Below, piece after piece: positions 38,797 through 52,557 of a DNA stretch of 64,000 nt. The translations under genes and the position numbers were made by a program. Source of the stretch: Mobula hypostoma. Lineage: Eukaryota. How positions within the stretch are numbered: position 1 is the stretch's first letter; each line of letters starts with the position of its first letter. Below the pieces are notes generated by a model that saw only the letters and a program-made list of their open reading frames with translations, was not told where the DNA came from and did no database searches. The stretch is from the NCBI RefSeq assembly GCF_963921235.1, contig NC_086097.1, forward strand, positions 20,338,001-20,402,000, read 5' to 3'.

Positions 38797-40311
38797 AGTT
38801 TATTGCTTTTTAAGTTCAGAAAAATCATTCTACTAACCGAGCCTACTAACCGAGCTAAACCTAATACTTATAATGATACTAATAACTTTGGTTGTGTGTT
38901 GTAAGTAATTTCACACTCTCAGTACTTTTTTTTTTAATGGGTCCTTTAAGCCAAATAATAGTTCATGGCATAAAAAAAGATTAGGAACCCCTGGTTTGGA
39001 TATGAGCAGATGCAAAAGCCATCTCCTTCACTCATCGGCGAAAAGCAGCATCTGCTGTCCTTCAGACCCATTCAAATGCGATAAACCAGTTCAGTTCAGA
39101 ATGCAGTTACAAGTCATTTCAGTTAAAGGACGATTGGGGAGGGGCAGTAGTTACTGACTTTGCCAGAGGTATTCACCTTCCGTCAATTAAAAAAAAAATT
39201 GATCTCAGTTTTTGCTGTAGCTTTTTAACTGCTGGTTGTTCATTCCCATTTCCAGTTATTGTTGCATTTTCATCAAATCTTCAAATTAAAAAAAACAGCA
39301 TTCCCTTCCAAAAGCGTGCCTTCTGATGATTAATATTCCTACTAACAGAAAACCCTATAAACCTCCACTTAAATCGCCAAGCCACTCCATGACAGGCAAA
39401 GCCCTCCCCATCAAGCAGCGCAGTTACATGGAGTACTGCCACAAGAAAGCAGCATCTATCTGAAGACCCCCATTATCCAGGCCCTGCTCTCCTCTCGCAA
39501 ATGCCATCAGACAGGAGGTGCAGGAGCCGTGGGTACACATGACCAGGTTCAGGAACAATTATTATCCTACAGCCATCAGACTCCTGAACCAGTGTGGATA
39601 GCATCACTCACCACAACACTGAAAATGGCACCATAATCTATTGACTCACTTTGAAAGTCACAGACTGGTGTGAAAACACCAATGCCCAGGAATGGAAAAG
39701 TCTACAGGAAGCAGTGGATTCAGCCCAGTCTATCACAGCCAAAGCCCTCAACACCATTGAGCACATTTACAAGGAGCGTTGCCACAAGAAAGCAGCATCC
39801 CTCAGCACAGAACCCCGCCATCCAGGCCATGCTCTTTTCTCGCTATTACCATCAGGCAGGAGGTTACAAAGCCTTGGGTCCACAACACCAGGTTCTGGAA
39901 CAGTTACTACTCTGCGGCCATCATGCTCTTAAACTGGCATGGTTAAGTTCACTCACCTCAACTCTGAACTTATTCCACATCCTGCAGACTCATTTTCAAG
40001 GATTCTACAACTCGTGTTCTCTGTATTATTTATTTACTTCACTTTTATATTTATTACTTCTATTTTTAATATTGGCATGATGTCTTCATTTGCACATTGG
40101 TTGTTTGTTCATCTTAATTGTTTTCCATCAATTCTATTGTATTTCTTTATTTTCCTGTCAATGCCTGCAAGAAAATGAATCTTAAGGTAGTATATGGCAA
40201 CATATACGTACTTTGATATTAAATTAATTTTGAACTTAGTTAAATTTAACTTAAAGTTGAACTTGGGGTACTTGGAGGCATATGATAATCGGTAGAAGGC
40301 CTTTGACAAGG

Positions 40312-40967
40312 TTAGATTGTTAGATTATGAGGACACTCAGTCCTTGTTTATTGTCATTTAGAAATGCATGCATTAAGAAATGATACAATGTTCCTCCAGT
40401 ATGATATCACAGAAACACAGGACAGACCAAGACTAAAACCGACAAAAAACACATAATTATAACGTATAGTTACAACAGTGCAAAGCAATACCGTAATTTG
40501 ATAAAGAGCAGACCATGGGCACGGTAAAAAAAAAGTCTCAAAGTCCCGATAGCCCATCATCTCACGCAGACGGTAGAAGGGAGAAACTCTCCCTGCCATG
40601 AACCTCCAGTGCCGCAAACTTGCCAATGCAGCACCCTGGAAGCACCCGACCACAGCCGACTCTGAGTCTGTCCGAAAACTTAGAGCCTCCGACACCGAGC
40701 ACCATCTCTGCCGACGGCTTCGACCCCACCCCGACCGCCGAGCAACAAGCAAAGCCGAGGATTCGGGGCCTTCCCCTCCGGAGATTTCGGATCACACAGT
40801 AGCAGCGGCAGCGAAACAGGCATTTCAGAAGTTTCATCAGATGTTCCTCCATGCTCTCATGTCCATCTCCATCAAACCAGGATTGGACACGGCACCCTAC
40901 TTGACAGGTAACAGATATTCATCACCGGAGTGGCTGCTGCGCGCTGCGTCGTGCCGCCATCTTCTCC
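40312..40967 (-). mobile_element. Non-autonomous non-LTR element starting AAGATGGCG, (AATCT)n-like tail
   Basis: Homologous over its full length to 48928-49602(+). Splits a CR1 at AAGGCCTTTGACAAGGTT|CCACA (KAFDKV|P). Confidence 0.75.
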
Positions 40968-40969
40968 TT

Positions 40970-42097
40970 CTCCACAAATGAGGCTACTTAACACTATCAG
41001 CCCATGGTATTAAGTGAAAGATAACTAGCATGGATAGAGTATTGGCTGATTGGTACGAGGCAAAAAGTGCCTTAAGGGAACCTTTTCTGGTTGGCTGCCA
41101 GTGTTTGACAGGTGTCTATGTTGGGACAGCTTTTTATGTAATACTTTAATTATTTGGATGCTGAATTGATGGCTTTGTGGCCAAATTTGAGAAGATATGA
41201 AGATAGGTGGAGGGGCAGGTAGTTTTGAGGAAGTAGAGAGGCTACAGAAGGACTTGGACAGATTAGGAGAATGGGCAAAGAAGTGGCAGATGGAATAGAG
41301 TGATGGGAAAGTGTATGGTCATGCACTTTGGTAGAAGAAATGAAAAGAGTTGAGTATTTTCAAAATGGAGAGAAAATACAAAAATCTGAGGCAAAAAGGG
41401 ACTTGGGAGTCCTTGTGCAGGATTCCCTAAAGGTTAATTTGCAGGTTGAGTTGGTGGTGAGAAAGCAAATGCAATGTTAGTATTCATTTCAAGAGGACTG
41501 GAATATAAAAACAAGGATGTAATGCTGAGGCTTTATAAAGCACTGGTGAGGCCTCACATGGAGTATTGTGAGCAGGTTTGGGCTCCTTATTTAAGAAAGG
41601 ATGTGCTGAAACTGATGAGGGTTTAAAGGAGGTTCACAAAAATGATTCAAGGATTGAAAGGCTTGTCATATCAGGAATGTGTGATGTCTCTGGGCCTGTG
41701 TTCACCAGAATTCAGAATAATGACAGGTGACCTCATTGAAACTTGTTGAAAGGCCTTGATAGAGTGGATGTGGTGTGGATGTTTCCTAGGGTGAGAGATT
41801 CTAAGACCAGAGGACACAGCCTCAGAATAGAGAGGTGTCCTTTTAGAATGAGGAATTTCTGTAGCCAGAGAGTGGTGAATCTGTGGAATTTGTTGCCGCA
41901 GTCGTTTGTGGAGGCCAAGGTCATTGGATATATTTAAGGCAGAAATTGATAGATTGTTGTTGAGTCAGGGCATGAAGGGATATGGGGAGAAGGCAGGAGA
42001 GGTGGGGCAGCAAGAGAAATTGGACCAGCCATGATGAAATGGTGGAGCAGACTCGATGGGCCAAATGGCCTAATTCTGCTCCTACATCTTATGGTTT
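40970..42097 (+). mobile_element. CR1-like LINE RT C-terminal part plus 3' UTR
   Basis: Homologous to 24620-25610; ORF 41743..41937 KGLDRVDV..MFP...TRGHSL...FCSQRVVNLWNLLP. Confidence 0.85.
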
Positions 42098-45000
42098 TCT
42101 TTCTTTTCCAATATTTTTATGAATATTATATAAATTACATGAATACAAATACAAAATTCATAAGGTACAAGTAAATAATACGAATTACATTACACTTAAA
42201 TCACAGTAATATGATCATAGTATCCCATATTCCAAATCAATCATATAGAAAAAAAGATTAAATTAGGAAATAAAATAAAATAATTGTATTTATTTAGAAA
42301 AAAATCTACCCCCACTACCAAAATGAGCTGGTTGGTAAAAAAAAAAAGAAAAATACCTTACCATATGATATTATAATAATGGCTCAGTGTGGGCACGTGG
42401 CCAAGTGGTTAAGGTATTTGACTAGCAACCTGAAGGTTGTGAGTTCGAGCCCCAGCCGAGGCAGCGTGTTATGTCCTTGAGCAAGGCACTTAACCACACA
42501 GTGCTCTGCGATGACACTGGTGCTAAGCTGTAATGGCCCTTGCCCTTCCCTTGGACAACATCGGTGTCCTGGAGAGGGGAGACTTGCAGCATGGGCAACT
42601 GCCAATCTTCCATACAACCTTGCCCAGGCCTGTGCCCTGGAGAGTGAAGACTTTCCGGGCGCAGATCCATGGTCTTGCAAGACCATGACGGATGCCTTAA
42701 TGGCTCAGATCCATACTTTAATAACAGTTCAAAGATTGTGAAAATAATTCAGAAAGGGTTCCCAAAGCGTTAGAAAATCATGTTTGGAATCAGAAATCAA
42801 ACAACGAATCTTCTCTAAATCAAGGCACAACATAACATCAGATAGCCATTGAACATGAGTGGGCGGGGCGGCCTCCTTCCACTTGAGCAAGATCACCCTC
42901 CTGGCCATAAGCGACATAAAGGCCAATACCCGCAACTTAGGTGGCTTCAATTTTGTAGTGCTATCCTCAACAATACCAAACAAGGCAGTCAAAGGATTGG
43001 GCTTAAAGCCGATATTGAAAAGTGCAGAAAAAGTTTGTAATACATCTTTCCAGAATTTTTCAAGGCTTGGACATGTCCAAACATATGAATTAGTGTGGCC
43101 ATTCCATTAGTACATCTATCACAGTAAGGGGAAATATCTGTGTAGAAACGAGAGAGCTTGTCTTTAGACATATGAACACTTATGTACCACTTTGAATTGT
43201 AATAAAGAATGACGAGCATATAATGAAGAATTATTCAATTTTAAAATAATCTTCCATCTCTCTTCAGATATGAAAATCTGTAAATCCTTTTCCCAATCTC
43301 TTTTAATTTTATCTAAAGAGGCCTTTTTCAGTCCCAACAGTAGGTCGTAAATGTAAGATATTGAACCGTTATCAAAGGGTTTCAGATTAAAAATTGTATC
43401 TATAATATTCTTATCTGGAGTTGTAGAAAATGTAAGTAATTGAGATCTTAAAAAATCTCTAATCTGTAAGTATCGAAAAAAAGCGAGTGTTGGAAAGGTT
43501 AAGTTTCGTTGAAAGTTGCACAAAAGAAGAGATTCCCTCCATCAAACAAATCCTGGAATCGTTTAATACCCAATCTATCCCATTCTTTAAAAGATGAGTC
43601 AATTAAAGATGGTTTAAAAAAACTATTAGAAAATATGGGATTTGAGAGGGAGAATCTCAGTAAACCAAAATGTTTTCTAAACTGTAACCAAATCCTCAAA
43701 GTATGTTTAACCACCACATTGTCAATTAGTTTATTTAAAGATAAAGGAAGCGATGATCCAAGTAAATAAATAATGGAAAATTTTATAACTGAGTTGACTT
43801 CCAAAGAAACCCATGTGGGGCAATTCTCATGGTTAATGTAATATACCCAGAATGTAATATTTCGAATATAAACTGCCCAATAATATAACCTAAAATTGGG
43901 TAGGGCAAATCCTCTGTTCTGTTTGGTTTTTTGAAGGTGAGCTTTATTTTTACAAGGTTTTTTATTCTTCCATATATAGGAAGAAAGAGTTGAATCCAAA
44001 GAGTCAAAAAAAGATTTAGGAATAAAAACAGCAACAGCTTGAAAAAGCTATATAAATTTAGGTAAGATATTCATTTTAATAGAATTGATTTGGCCAATCA
44101 GTGATAAAGAGAGAGGCAACCAATTAGAAAGTGTTTTTTTAACATAATTCAATAAACTTAAAAAAATTTCCTTAAATAAATCTTTATAATTCTTAGTAAT
44201 TGTTAGTCCTACAGATGTAAATTGTTTTCTTAAAATTTTAAAAGGAAGGTTAATGTCAGTTGGTATTAAATTGTTTAAAGGAAACAGTTCACTCTTCTGT
44301 AAATTTAATTTATGTCCTGAGAACTGACTAAAATTAGTCAGTAAACGGAACACAAATGGTAAAGAGGTTGTAACATTAGATATAAAAAGCAATAAATCAT
44401 CAGCATAGAGCGACACTTTATGAATAGTACCTCTCCTTAAAATACCAATGATCTCTTTGGACTCTCAAAAAGCAATTGCTAAGGGTTCTAATACCAAATC
44501 AAAAAGCAGAGGGCTCAAAGGGAAACCTTGTCTAGTTCCACGTTGGAATTTAAAGGGTTTAGAATTCTGAAAATTAGTAAGAACCTGAGCGGAGGGAGAT
44601 AAATAAAGTAATTTAATCCAATGAATAAAATTAGGTCCAAAATTAAATTTTTCTAAGGATGTAAATAGATAGTTTCATTCGACTCTGTCAAAAGTCTTCT
44701 CTGCATCAAAAGATATCACACATTCCGATATTTCCTTAGATGGAGAGTACATAACATATACAAACGCTGTATATTAGAATAGGAATATCAATTTTTAATA
44801 AATCCTGTCTGATCGTCAGAAACTATAGAAGATATAATATTTTCAAGTCTGCGGGCCAACACTTTAGATAAAATTTTAGTATCAAAATTGAGTAAAGAGA
44901 TGAGTCTATATGAAGAACATTCAGTAGGATTTTTATTCTTTTTGAGAATGAGCAAAATGGAAGCTTCGTAAAAAGACTGCGGTAATCTTCCTACCTTAAA

Positions 45001-47858
45001 GGAATCTGTGAGGGTAGAACATAAGTGTGGTATAAGCAAGGAGGAAAAAGCCTTATAAAACTCTCCAGAGAATCCATCGGGTCCTGGGAGTTTCCCAGAA
45101 TGCAGTTCTTGAATAGCCTGAGCAATTTCCTCCTGGGAAATGGGTTGACCCAATTGTCTACGATCATCTAACAAAAGATTAGGAATATTTAATTGATCTA
45201 AAAAATTATTCATTGCAATATCATCATTAGCAGAGTCAAAATTTAGAATAAAATTCCCTAAAAGTGTCATTAATTTCAAGGTGGTCAGTTGTTGTGTCCC
45301 CATTAATTTTACGTATTTCTTTAATTTGCTGCTTGGCTATAAATGGCTTCAATAGTTTACCCGTTTTATCTCCGTGAATATAAAATTGAATTCTATCTTT
45401 TAAAAGTTGGCTTTCAATTGGATACGTTAAAAGAAGATCATATTTAGTTTTAGCTTCAATACGTCTCTTACATGTTTCAGGATCGGGTACCGAACCCTAT
45501 TTATGGTCTAGTTGTTTTAACTGATTGGCTAGTTCATTTCTCTCTTTGTTAGCTTTTTTAGTAATGTTTGCAGTATAAGAAATAATTTGACCCTGGATGT
45601 ATGCTTTAAAAGTATCCCATATAATAAGACTAGACGTCTCTTCCAACGTATTTTCTTCAAAAAAATGAGTAATTTGATTATCCATAAATGTTAAAAAGTC
45701 CTCATCGGATAACAGAGTTAAATTAAATCACCAAAATCTACTCATAGGGATAGGACCAGGAAGATTTAAAGATAGAAGTGCAGGAGAGTGGTCAGAAATA
45801 GCAATCTCTCTATATTCGATCGATTGAACTAATGGAATCATTTGACTGTCAATAAAAAAAATCAATCCTGGTATAAGAATGATGAACATGAGGAAAAAAA
45901 AATACTCCCTACCCGTTGGATGGAGAAAATGCCAAACATCAACTATAACACATTTAGTTAGAAAGGATTGGACAAACAAAGCTGATTTATTAAGTGTGGC
46001 TGGTTTGACAGATGAGCGATCTAATACTGGATCTAACCAGCAGTTAAAATCTCCTCCCATCACAAGAGATTAAGTACACAAATCTGGCAAAAATGAAAAT
46101 AGACGTTCAAAATATCCTGGATCATCTACATTGGGGGCATATACATTAGCAAAAACAATCAATTTACTGTCTAAACTCCCTGATACAATAACAAATCGAC
46201 CATTAGGGTGGAAACAACTTTATGCTGAACAAAGGAAACTGTATTATCTACAAAAATTGAAATTCCACGTGATTTTTGCATTAAACAAAGAATGAAATTG
46301 CATATGCTTCTACCGAGTAAAAAAAACGTAAGCTATCACAGCTGCGTATGTGCATCTCTTGTAAGAAAATAATGGGTGCTTTTAATTTTTTAATATAAGC
46401 AAACACTTTGTTCCTTTTGATGGGGTGATTCAGCCCTTTCACATTCAAATATTTTGAACCATTTTAAATACCAATCAACATGTAATTAAAAGATCTGGCC
46501 ATAAGTTATTAAAACTAGAAAGCAAACTGTAAGGTAAGGTATTCAAACAAGCAATCATATATTCAACCCAACACAGCTCCCAGAGAAAAATAGGCCCGCC
46601 CCCCCTCCCCCTCCCCCACCCAAAGCGAGAAAGCTAATCAATAGGCAGTCAGTGAGCTAAGAACTAAGTTCCCTCCCCAAAATATCCTGTTGACAAAAAA
46701 GTCTGGTCCTACAAAGTTATTATGTCCCTACCAAGACAGAACATAAAAAGAAAAATAACTCTGTATTCAAAACTATGAAAGGATCAGTTTAAACAAATTC
46801 AAAGAAAGCTGTGTTAAAATAAAGCCTTGAAAAGGGACATAGTAAAAAAAAGTATCAGCAAAAAATATAACAAAGGACGATATATGAACAGCTAAAATGT
46901 AGGTTTAATGAAACCTTATTTCAAATTCAGATTAACAGAAGAAAAAATTGATCAAATAAGAAATAACAGTTTTAGACTTCATCCTTCAGAAACTCTTTTG
47001 CATCTTCAACTGACTTTATTCTTTTTCACAATCCGTTCTTCAAAACAATACTCAGACGACCGGGGAACCGAAGGGATGGTTTATATCCTTTATTGTAAAA
47101 TTCCAACATAACTTCTTTATACTTCATGCGATCAGCCATAACTTCAGGCGAATAGTCTTCCACAAATCTAACCTTGTAATTTCGGAGATCGATCATTCCT
47201 TGTCGACGGGTATGGCGAACTAAAAGGTCCTTAATATGAAATTCATGAAAGCTTAGTATGACCGACCTGGGTTTTGCCGCCGCCGTCAACGGCTTCGATG
47301 TCGGTGAGTGATATGCTCAATGGAGCTTCGGCTCGGAAGTGAATAAAGCAGGGACTAGCTGTTTCAGAAAGTTTGCAAAAAACTTCGTACGGTCAGCGCC
47401 TTCAACTGATTCTTCAAGGCCCAGAATTTGCAAGTTATTTCTCCTGTTTCTATTTTCGATGATCCTTTTCATCATTTTATCATTGGATAATGATAACTCT
47501 TTGCAGAGTTTAATTGTATCTTCAAGTGTCGCCAGCTTTGCAGTATTTTCCTGAAATCGGTTCTCATGCTCGGATAAAGTTTATTGAATTTTATCCAATT
47601 TGCCGTTAAGTCGTTGAAACTCCTCAGAAAATTCCGATTTTTGCCATTTAAGGAAGTCACTGATTGAATCCAAAGTGACTGGGGATTCGTCTTCTGTTTC
47701 TCTTTCTTTAGTAGAAGCTTTTGTTCTTTTCCCAACCATAGTAAAGCAGTATTAAAGTCTTATAGTAAAGTTTCAAAAAAAATGTCTGGTAGGAGACAAT
47801 TAAGTAAACAGGGTAGGAGCCATCTGAAACGTGTTACTCTATCAGCTGCCAACAGGGC
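42098..47858 (-). mobile_element. Second near-full-length decayed L1-clade element (different subfamily)
   Basis: ORF1 VRFVEDYSPEVMADR..YKPSLRFPGRL; EN GGDFNCWLDPVLDRSS and ISDHSP; RT GPDGFSGEFYK, DQTGFI, SLYADDLLL. TSD not clearly resolvable. Confidence 0.9.
42388..42697 (+). mobile_element. tRNA-derived SINE nested in L1
   Basis: A box TGGCCAAGTGG, B box GTTCGAGCC, perfect 11-bp TSD TAATGGCTCAG (42377-42387 / 42698-42708). Confidence 0.88.
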
Positions 47859-48913
47859 TCTGTGATGCTTTTAAAACCTACTGTAATTTTGAATCTTTAA
47901 TTTAAAACTCACCTTAATGTCGTATGCCCAGAGTAAGGTGGTCCTATATTATCCAGTCTTTCTTTGATGTAACTAAGTCCCTTGCCCCTTGTACCATTCT
48001 GTACCATCTCCAAAGCTGGAGAAGCTAGTTCATTGAAGATCCAACCCTTTTCTCTTTAGGCATGTAAGTAAAGAAAATGCATATTGTTTTTTTTAACAAG
48101 GCCACTGTTGCTTTGTTTTACAACCCCCCCCCCAAGCGTTTATGTAGGTACCTGAACCTGCACACCCTGTGAAATCCCACCCTTCATTGTTTGCAGAGCT
48201 ACAAGTCAGTGAACAAGTCTTGTAGCAGAGCAGGACTTGCTTTTGGCTTGTCATTTCTCTTAGTGATTTAGTACAATTAGTCATACAACTAGTACATCAG
48301 GTAGGACTTGTTTTATTCCCTTCTTCCCTGGTTTCGAATAAGGGAGGAAATTAACACCCTGTAGCTGTATTTTATGGAGCGTTCTCAGCACACACATGTC
48401 CTAAAGATCGGCTTTTTTTTGTAACATGTACATCAAAATGTATCATTTTGCTTCAAATCAAATCAGCGAGGATTGTGCTGGGCAGCCCACAAGTGCGGCC
48501 ACACGGTGTGGCATGCCCACAACACTCAAACCTCAACGGTATGTCTTTGGAATGTGGCGGAAATCCCACGTGGTCGTGGGGAGAACGTACAAGCTCCTTA
48601 CAGGCAGTGGCTGGAATCAAACCGGATCTTACAGCTGATGGTGTAAAGCGTTGTGCTAATCACCAAGCCATTGTGCCACTCTTAACCTATCATTGCCACT
48701 GTCAAATCTCGTTTGCATTGGACCTTTTGCTATGGGGACTGATAGAAGACAGGTCTTTCTTACCCGTAAATCCCAATAATTGTCCACTACGTTATTGCAT
48801 ATGTAAAGGTTGGAGCTGTGGCTCAGGGATTCCCACTCTTGTTTCCAGGTCGGCAGTTTCCACTCCTGGTTTGCTTCAGTTCAGCACTTCATCTGGACCC
48901 TCCAGCCCTAATG

Positions 48914-49598
48914 GGGGTGGGGGGGGGAAGAAGATGGCGCGATGACTGTGCGCGCAGCCACTTCGGTGATGATATCTGTTATCTGTCAAGTAGGGGACTG
49001 TGCACAATCCTAATTTGATGGAGACAGATGTGAGAGCACAGTGGAACATCTGGAAAACTTCTGAAATGCCCGCTTCGCTACCGCTGCTACTGTGTGGTAA
49101 CCGGAATCTCCGGAGCTGACAGCCCCTGAAATCCTCGGCTTTGCGTGTTTCAGCGACCGGGGAGAGGTCGAAGGCGCTCGGCAGAGGATGGCGTTGGGGA
49201 GGTTGTATCGGAGAGGCTGCTCGGAAGCTTGGAGTTTTCGGATGGATGGACTCGGTCGGCTGGGCTCAGCTGCTTCCAAGGTATCGGCAAGTTGACGGTG
49301 CCTGGAGGTTTATGGCAGGAGTTTCTCCCTTTTGCCGCCTGCTATCGGAGACTCTGGAGTCGATCGACTTGGGACTTTGAGAATTTTCTTTTACTGTGCC
49401 TATGGTCTGTTCTTTATCAAATTATGGTATTGCTTTGCACTATTGTAACTATATGTTACAATGATGTGGTTTTGTCAGTGTTAGTCTTTGGTCTGTCTTG
49501 TTTTCTGTGATATCACTCTGGAGAAACATTGTATCATAATGCATGTATGCATTTCTAAATGACAATAAAAGAGGACTGAGTGTTCTTATAATCTAAAT
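48914..49598 (+). mobile_element. Non-autonomous non-LTR element (AAGATGGCG family), second copy
   Basis: AAGATGGCG at 48931, 3' AATAAA then ATAATCTAAATCTAA; possible TSD CTAATG (48908-48913 / 49599-49604). Confidence 0.75.
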
Positions 49599-51479
49599 CT
49601 AATGAAAAGTCTCTGCCTGAAATGTTGACACCTGCATAGATGCTGCCTGGCTCACTGTGTTCCTCCAGCATTTTGTGTGTGTGTTGCAGAAGGTTGTGTG
49701 TTTCGGCTCTTTGTAACGTACAGAGATTATGTAAAGTTCTATACTGCAGGGGTGCTACACTGCCCTCCAGATGAGCGATAAAAACAAGAGGCCCTGCCTG
49801 CCCTTTGACACTGGTTTGAAAAAGTTTGCATCAGTATTTCTAAAGCAGCATATTGAATGTGTCGTTTCAATGCCAATTGTGTGGAAGTTGTTGTGCTTTC
49901 CTTTATAAGTAACATTTAATTAACTGTGTTAATTCAGGTTCATTATTGGAATAATAGAAGTTACTACGCAGGTGGTACATTTCCTTGTGATGTGCAGGAG
50001 GGAAATTGCAAAGAGAATTGGATGTAATTGGTAAATTATTTTAAGAAACTCTAAAAGGGAGTCCTTGCCAATTATAACAGGGTGATGTCTTTAAAGGGAA
50101 AACTTAGAGCCACCTCTACACAATTTGTGATCTGAAACACATTAAGTAGAGAATAAGTTGTAACTTTGAAACGATGTTGGAGAAAAACTTCAGAGGGCAG
50201 AGGAGTTGTAGTTATTAGATATTAGTTTTAAAAAGCTATCTTGGCATGGTAGGCTAAACAAGAACGATGTTTGATCATTCTAAAAGCAAATTTTACTTTG
50301 GAACTGGCAGTGGCCAAAATGCTCCGAGCTTCTGTTTTATGCATGGACCAGTGAGTTTGTGAGCTTGTCAAATTTCCATTTTTTTTTAAAAGACAGGTTT
50401 GGTTTCATGTTGACTTTTGTATTATTTTCCAAAGAAATAATCATGGAAAAACAACTGCTATGAAACCTCTTTGTTTTTCATTCCGTGTAGTATTTGACTA
50501 ACCAGGTATCACTGTAGCGCCCTCTGGGTGAGATGGCCCATAATTTATCCATTGCTTTTATGTTAGACTATGCAGGTTGAGTGATGGATTAGGAACGGAG
50601 AAAATTTTGTCTGACCAGCATTACTGTGAAGTAGTAGGTTTCCGTTTCTATCTAGAAAATGCTTGAGCATGATCTTGAAGTAGTAATTGTCTTCTCCACA
50701 GAGGTGACCTGACCAGCTGAGAATTTCCTTTTATTTTTCTGATTTTTTTCCCCCCAAATTAGATCCTCAGCACCCACAGCATTTTGCCTTGTGTTAAGGT
50801 TCACAATTCTGTTGTGAGCCTCAATTGGGTAGGCTTGTTAGGCTGCCAGTGCCTGACATAAAAGAAATTTTTTAAAAAAAGCATGCAGGTGCTGGAAGTC
50901 TGAAATGAAAGGTCTTTAATCTAAATCGCTGACTCTTTTTCTTTCCTCAGCCACAGCTGACCTGATTTTTCCTATCACGCTTTGTTCTGATCCCAGTGTG
51001 TGGAATAGTTGTATGTAGCTGGATTAGTTAATGGCTTACTAGAAATGTAATATTTGCGAATGATCTGAAACTACTGAACGTAATTGATCAGAAGTATATC
51101 TAAGCATTTTCTGACTAATTAAAACCTTAATTTTCTGAAGTCTTGCTGAGAAAGTAATAGCTGTGGAATAAATTATTCTCAGGACCATTTATGAACTGGG
51201 TGTCTCACTCCAGCTGCGAGGAGTATTGGCCCGGGAGTTGGATTGGAGTTGTGCCCAGTAACTTGTGTGGAAACTAACTGATGTGCTTCTTTCCTTTACG
51301 ACATGAATAACGTTTAAATAGCTTTGCTACTTTGGCTTCATTACTGGAATAATGAAAGTAATTTTACAAGTACATTCCTCTCAAGTGCTCAGAGTCAGAA
51401 AGGTGATGTATTTATTGTTTAAGACTGTAAGACATGGTGCATAATTAGGCTGTTTGGCCCGTCGTATCTTCTCTGCCGT

Positions 51480-52050
51480 TTATGGTTGATTTATTGATGC
51501 AGTTATAAAGAAGGCAAGACAGCAGCTATACTTCATTAGGAGTTTGAAGAGATTTGGCATGTCAACAAATACACTCAAAAATTCTATATATGTATCGTGG
51601 AGAGCATTCTGACAGGCTACATCACTGTCTGGTATGGAGGGGCTACTGCAGAGGGTTGTAAATCTAGTCGACTCCATCTTGGAAATTAGCCTACAAGGAG
51701 CGGTGTCTCAGAAAGGCAGTGTCCATTATTAAGGACCTCCAGTACCCAGGGCATGCCCTTTTCTCACTGTTACCATCAGGTAGGAGGTACAGAAACCTGA
51801 AGGCACACACTTAACGATTCAGGAACAGCTTCTTCCCTTCTGCCATCCGATTCCTAAATGGACATTAAACCTTTGAACATTACCTCACTTTTTAATATTA
51901 TTTCTGTTTTGCATGATTTTTAATCTATTCAATATATGTATACTGTAATTTATTATTTTAAATTTTTTTCTATATTATGTATTGCATTGAACTACCGCTA
52001 AATTAACAAATTTCATGTCACATGCCGATGATAATAAACCTGATTCTGAC
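51480..52050 (+). mobile_element. Rex1/Babar-like LINE 3' fragment
   Basis: Homologous to 955-1295 including the AAACCTGATTCTGA tail; upstream it encodes KKARQ.LYFIRSLKRFGM. Confidence 0.8.
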
Positions 52051-52557
52051 TATCCCTCTCAACCCCATTTCCTTCCATTCTCCCCATAACCTTTGACACC
52101 CTTAGTAACAAAGAACCTATCAACCTCCACTTTAGATGTAACCAATGACTTGGCCTCCACAGCGGTCTGTGGCAATGAGTTCCACTGGTTCACCACCCTC
52201 GAGCTTGGGTTCCCAAGCATATGCCAGTGAGCCTTACCATTAACCGAGGGACCCATAGACTCCAGATTGGGAACCCCTTCCCTAGCTAAAGAAATTCCTC
52301 TTCATTTCTGTTCTAAAGGGATGTCCTTGTAATCGGAGGCTGTGCCGTCTGGTCCTAGATTCCCCCACTATCGGAACATCCTCTCCACTTCCAGTATATC
52401 TAAACCTTTTAATACTGAATAGCTCAGGTTTCAATTAGATGCCCCCCCCCGCCCCATTCCTCTAATCTCCAGTGAGTACAGGTCTGGAGCCATCGAATGC
52501 TCCTCATACATTATGGCCAAAGAAGTTAAAGGGCATGAAGGCATGAGCCTGTGGTTA

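Noticed and set aside
38830..38855. 13-bp direct repeat CTACTAACCGAGC x2 near the L1 5' junction
   Set aside because: A simple local duplication outside the TSD; no array or spacer structure.
42390..42460. tRNA gene
   Set aside because: A/B boxes are present, but the sequence continues into a SINE body bounded by an 11-bp TSD; it is a SINE head.
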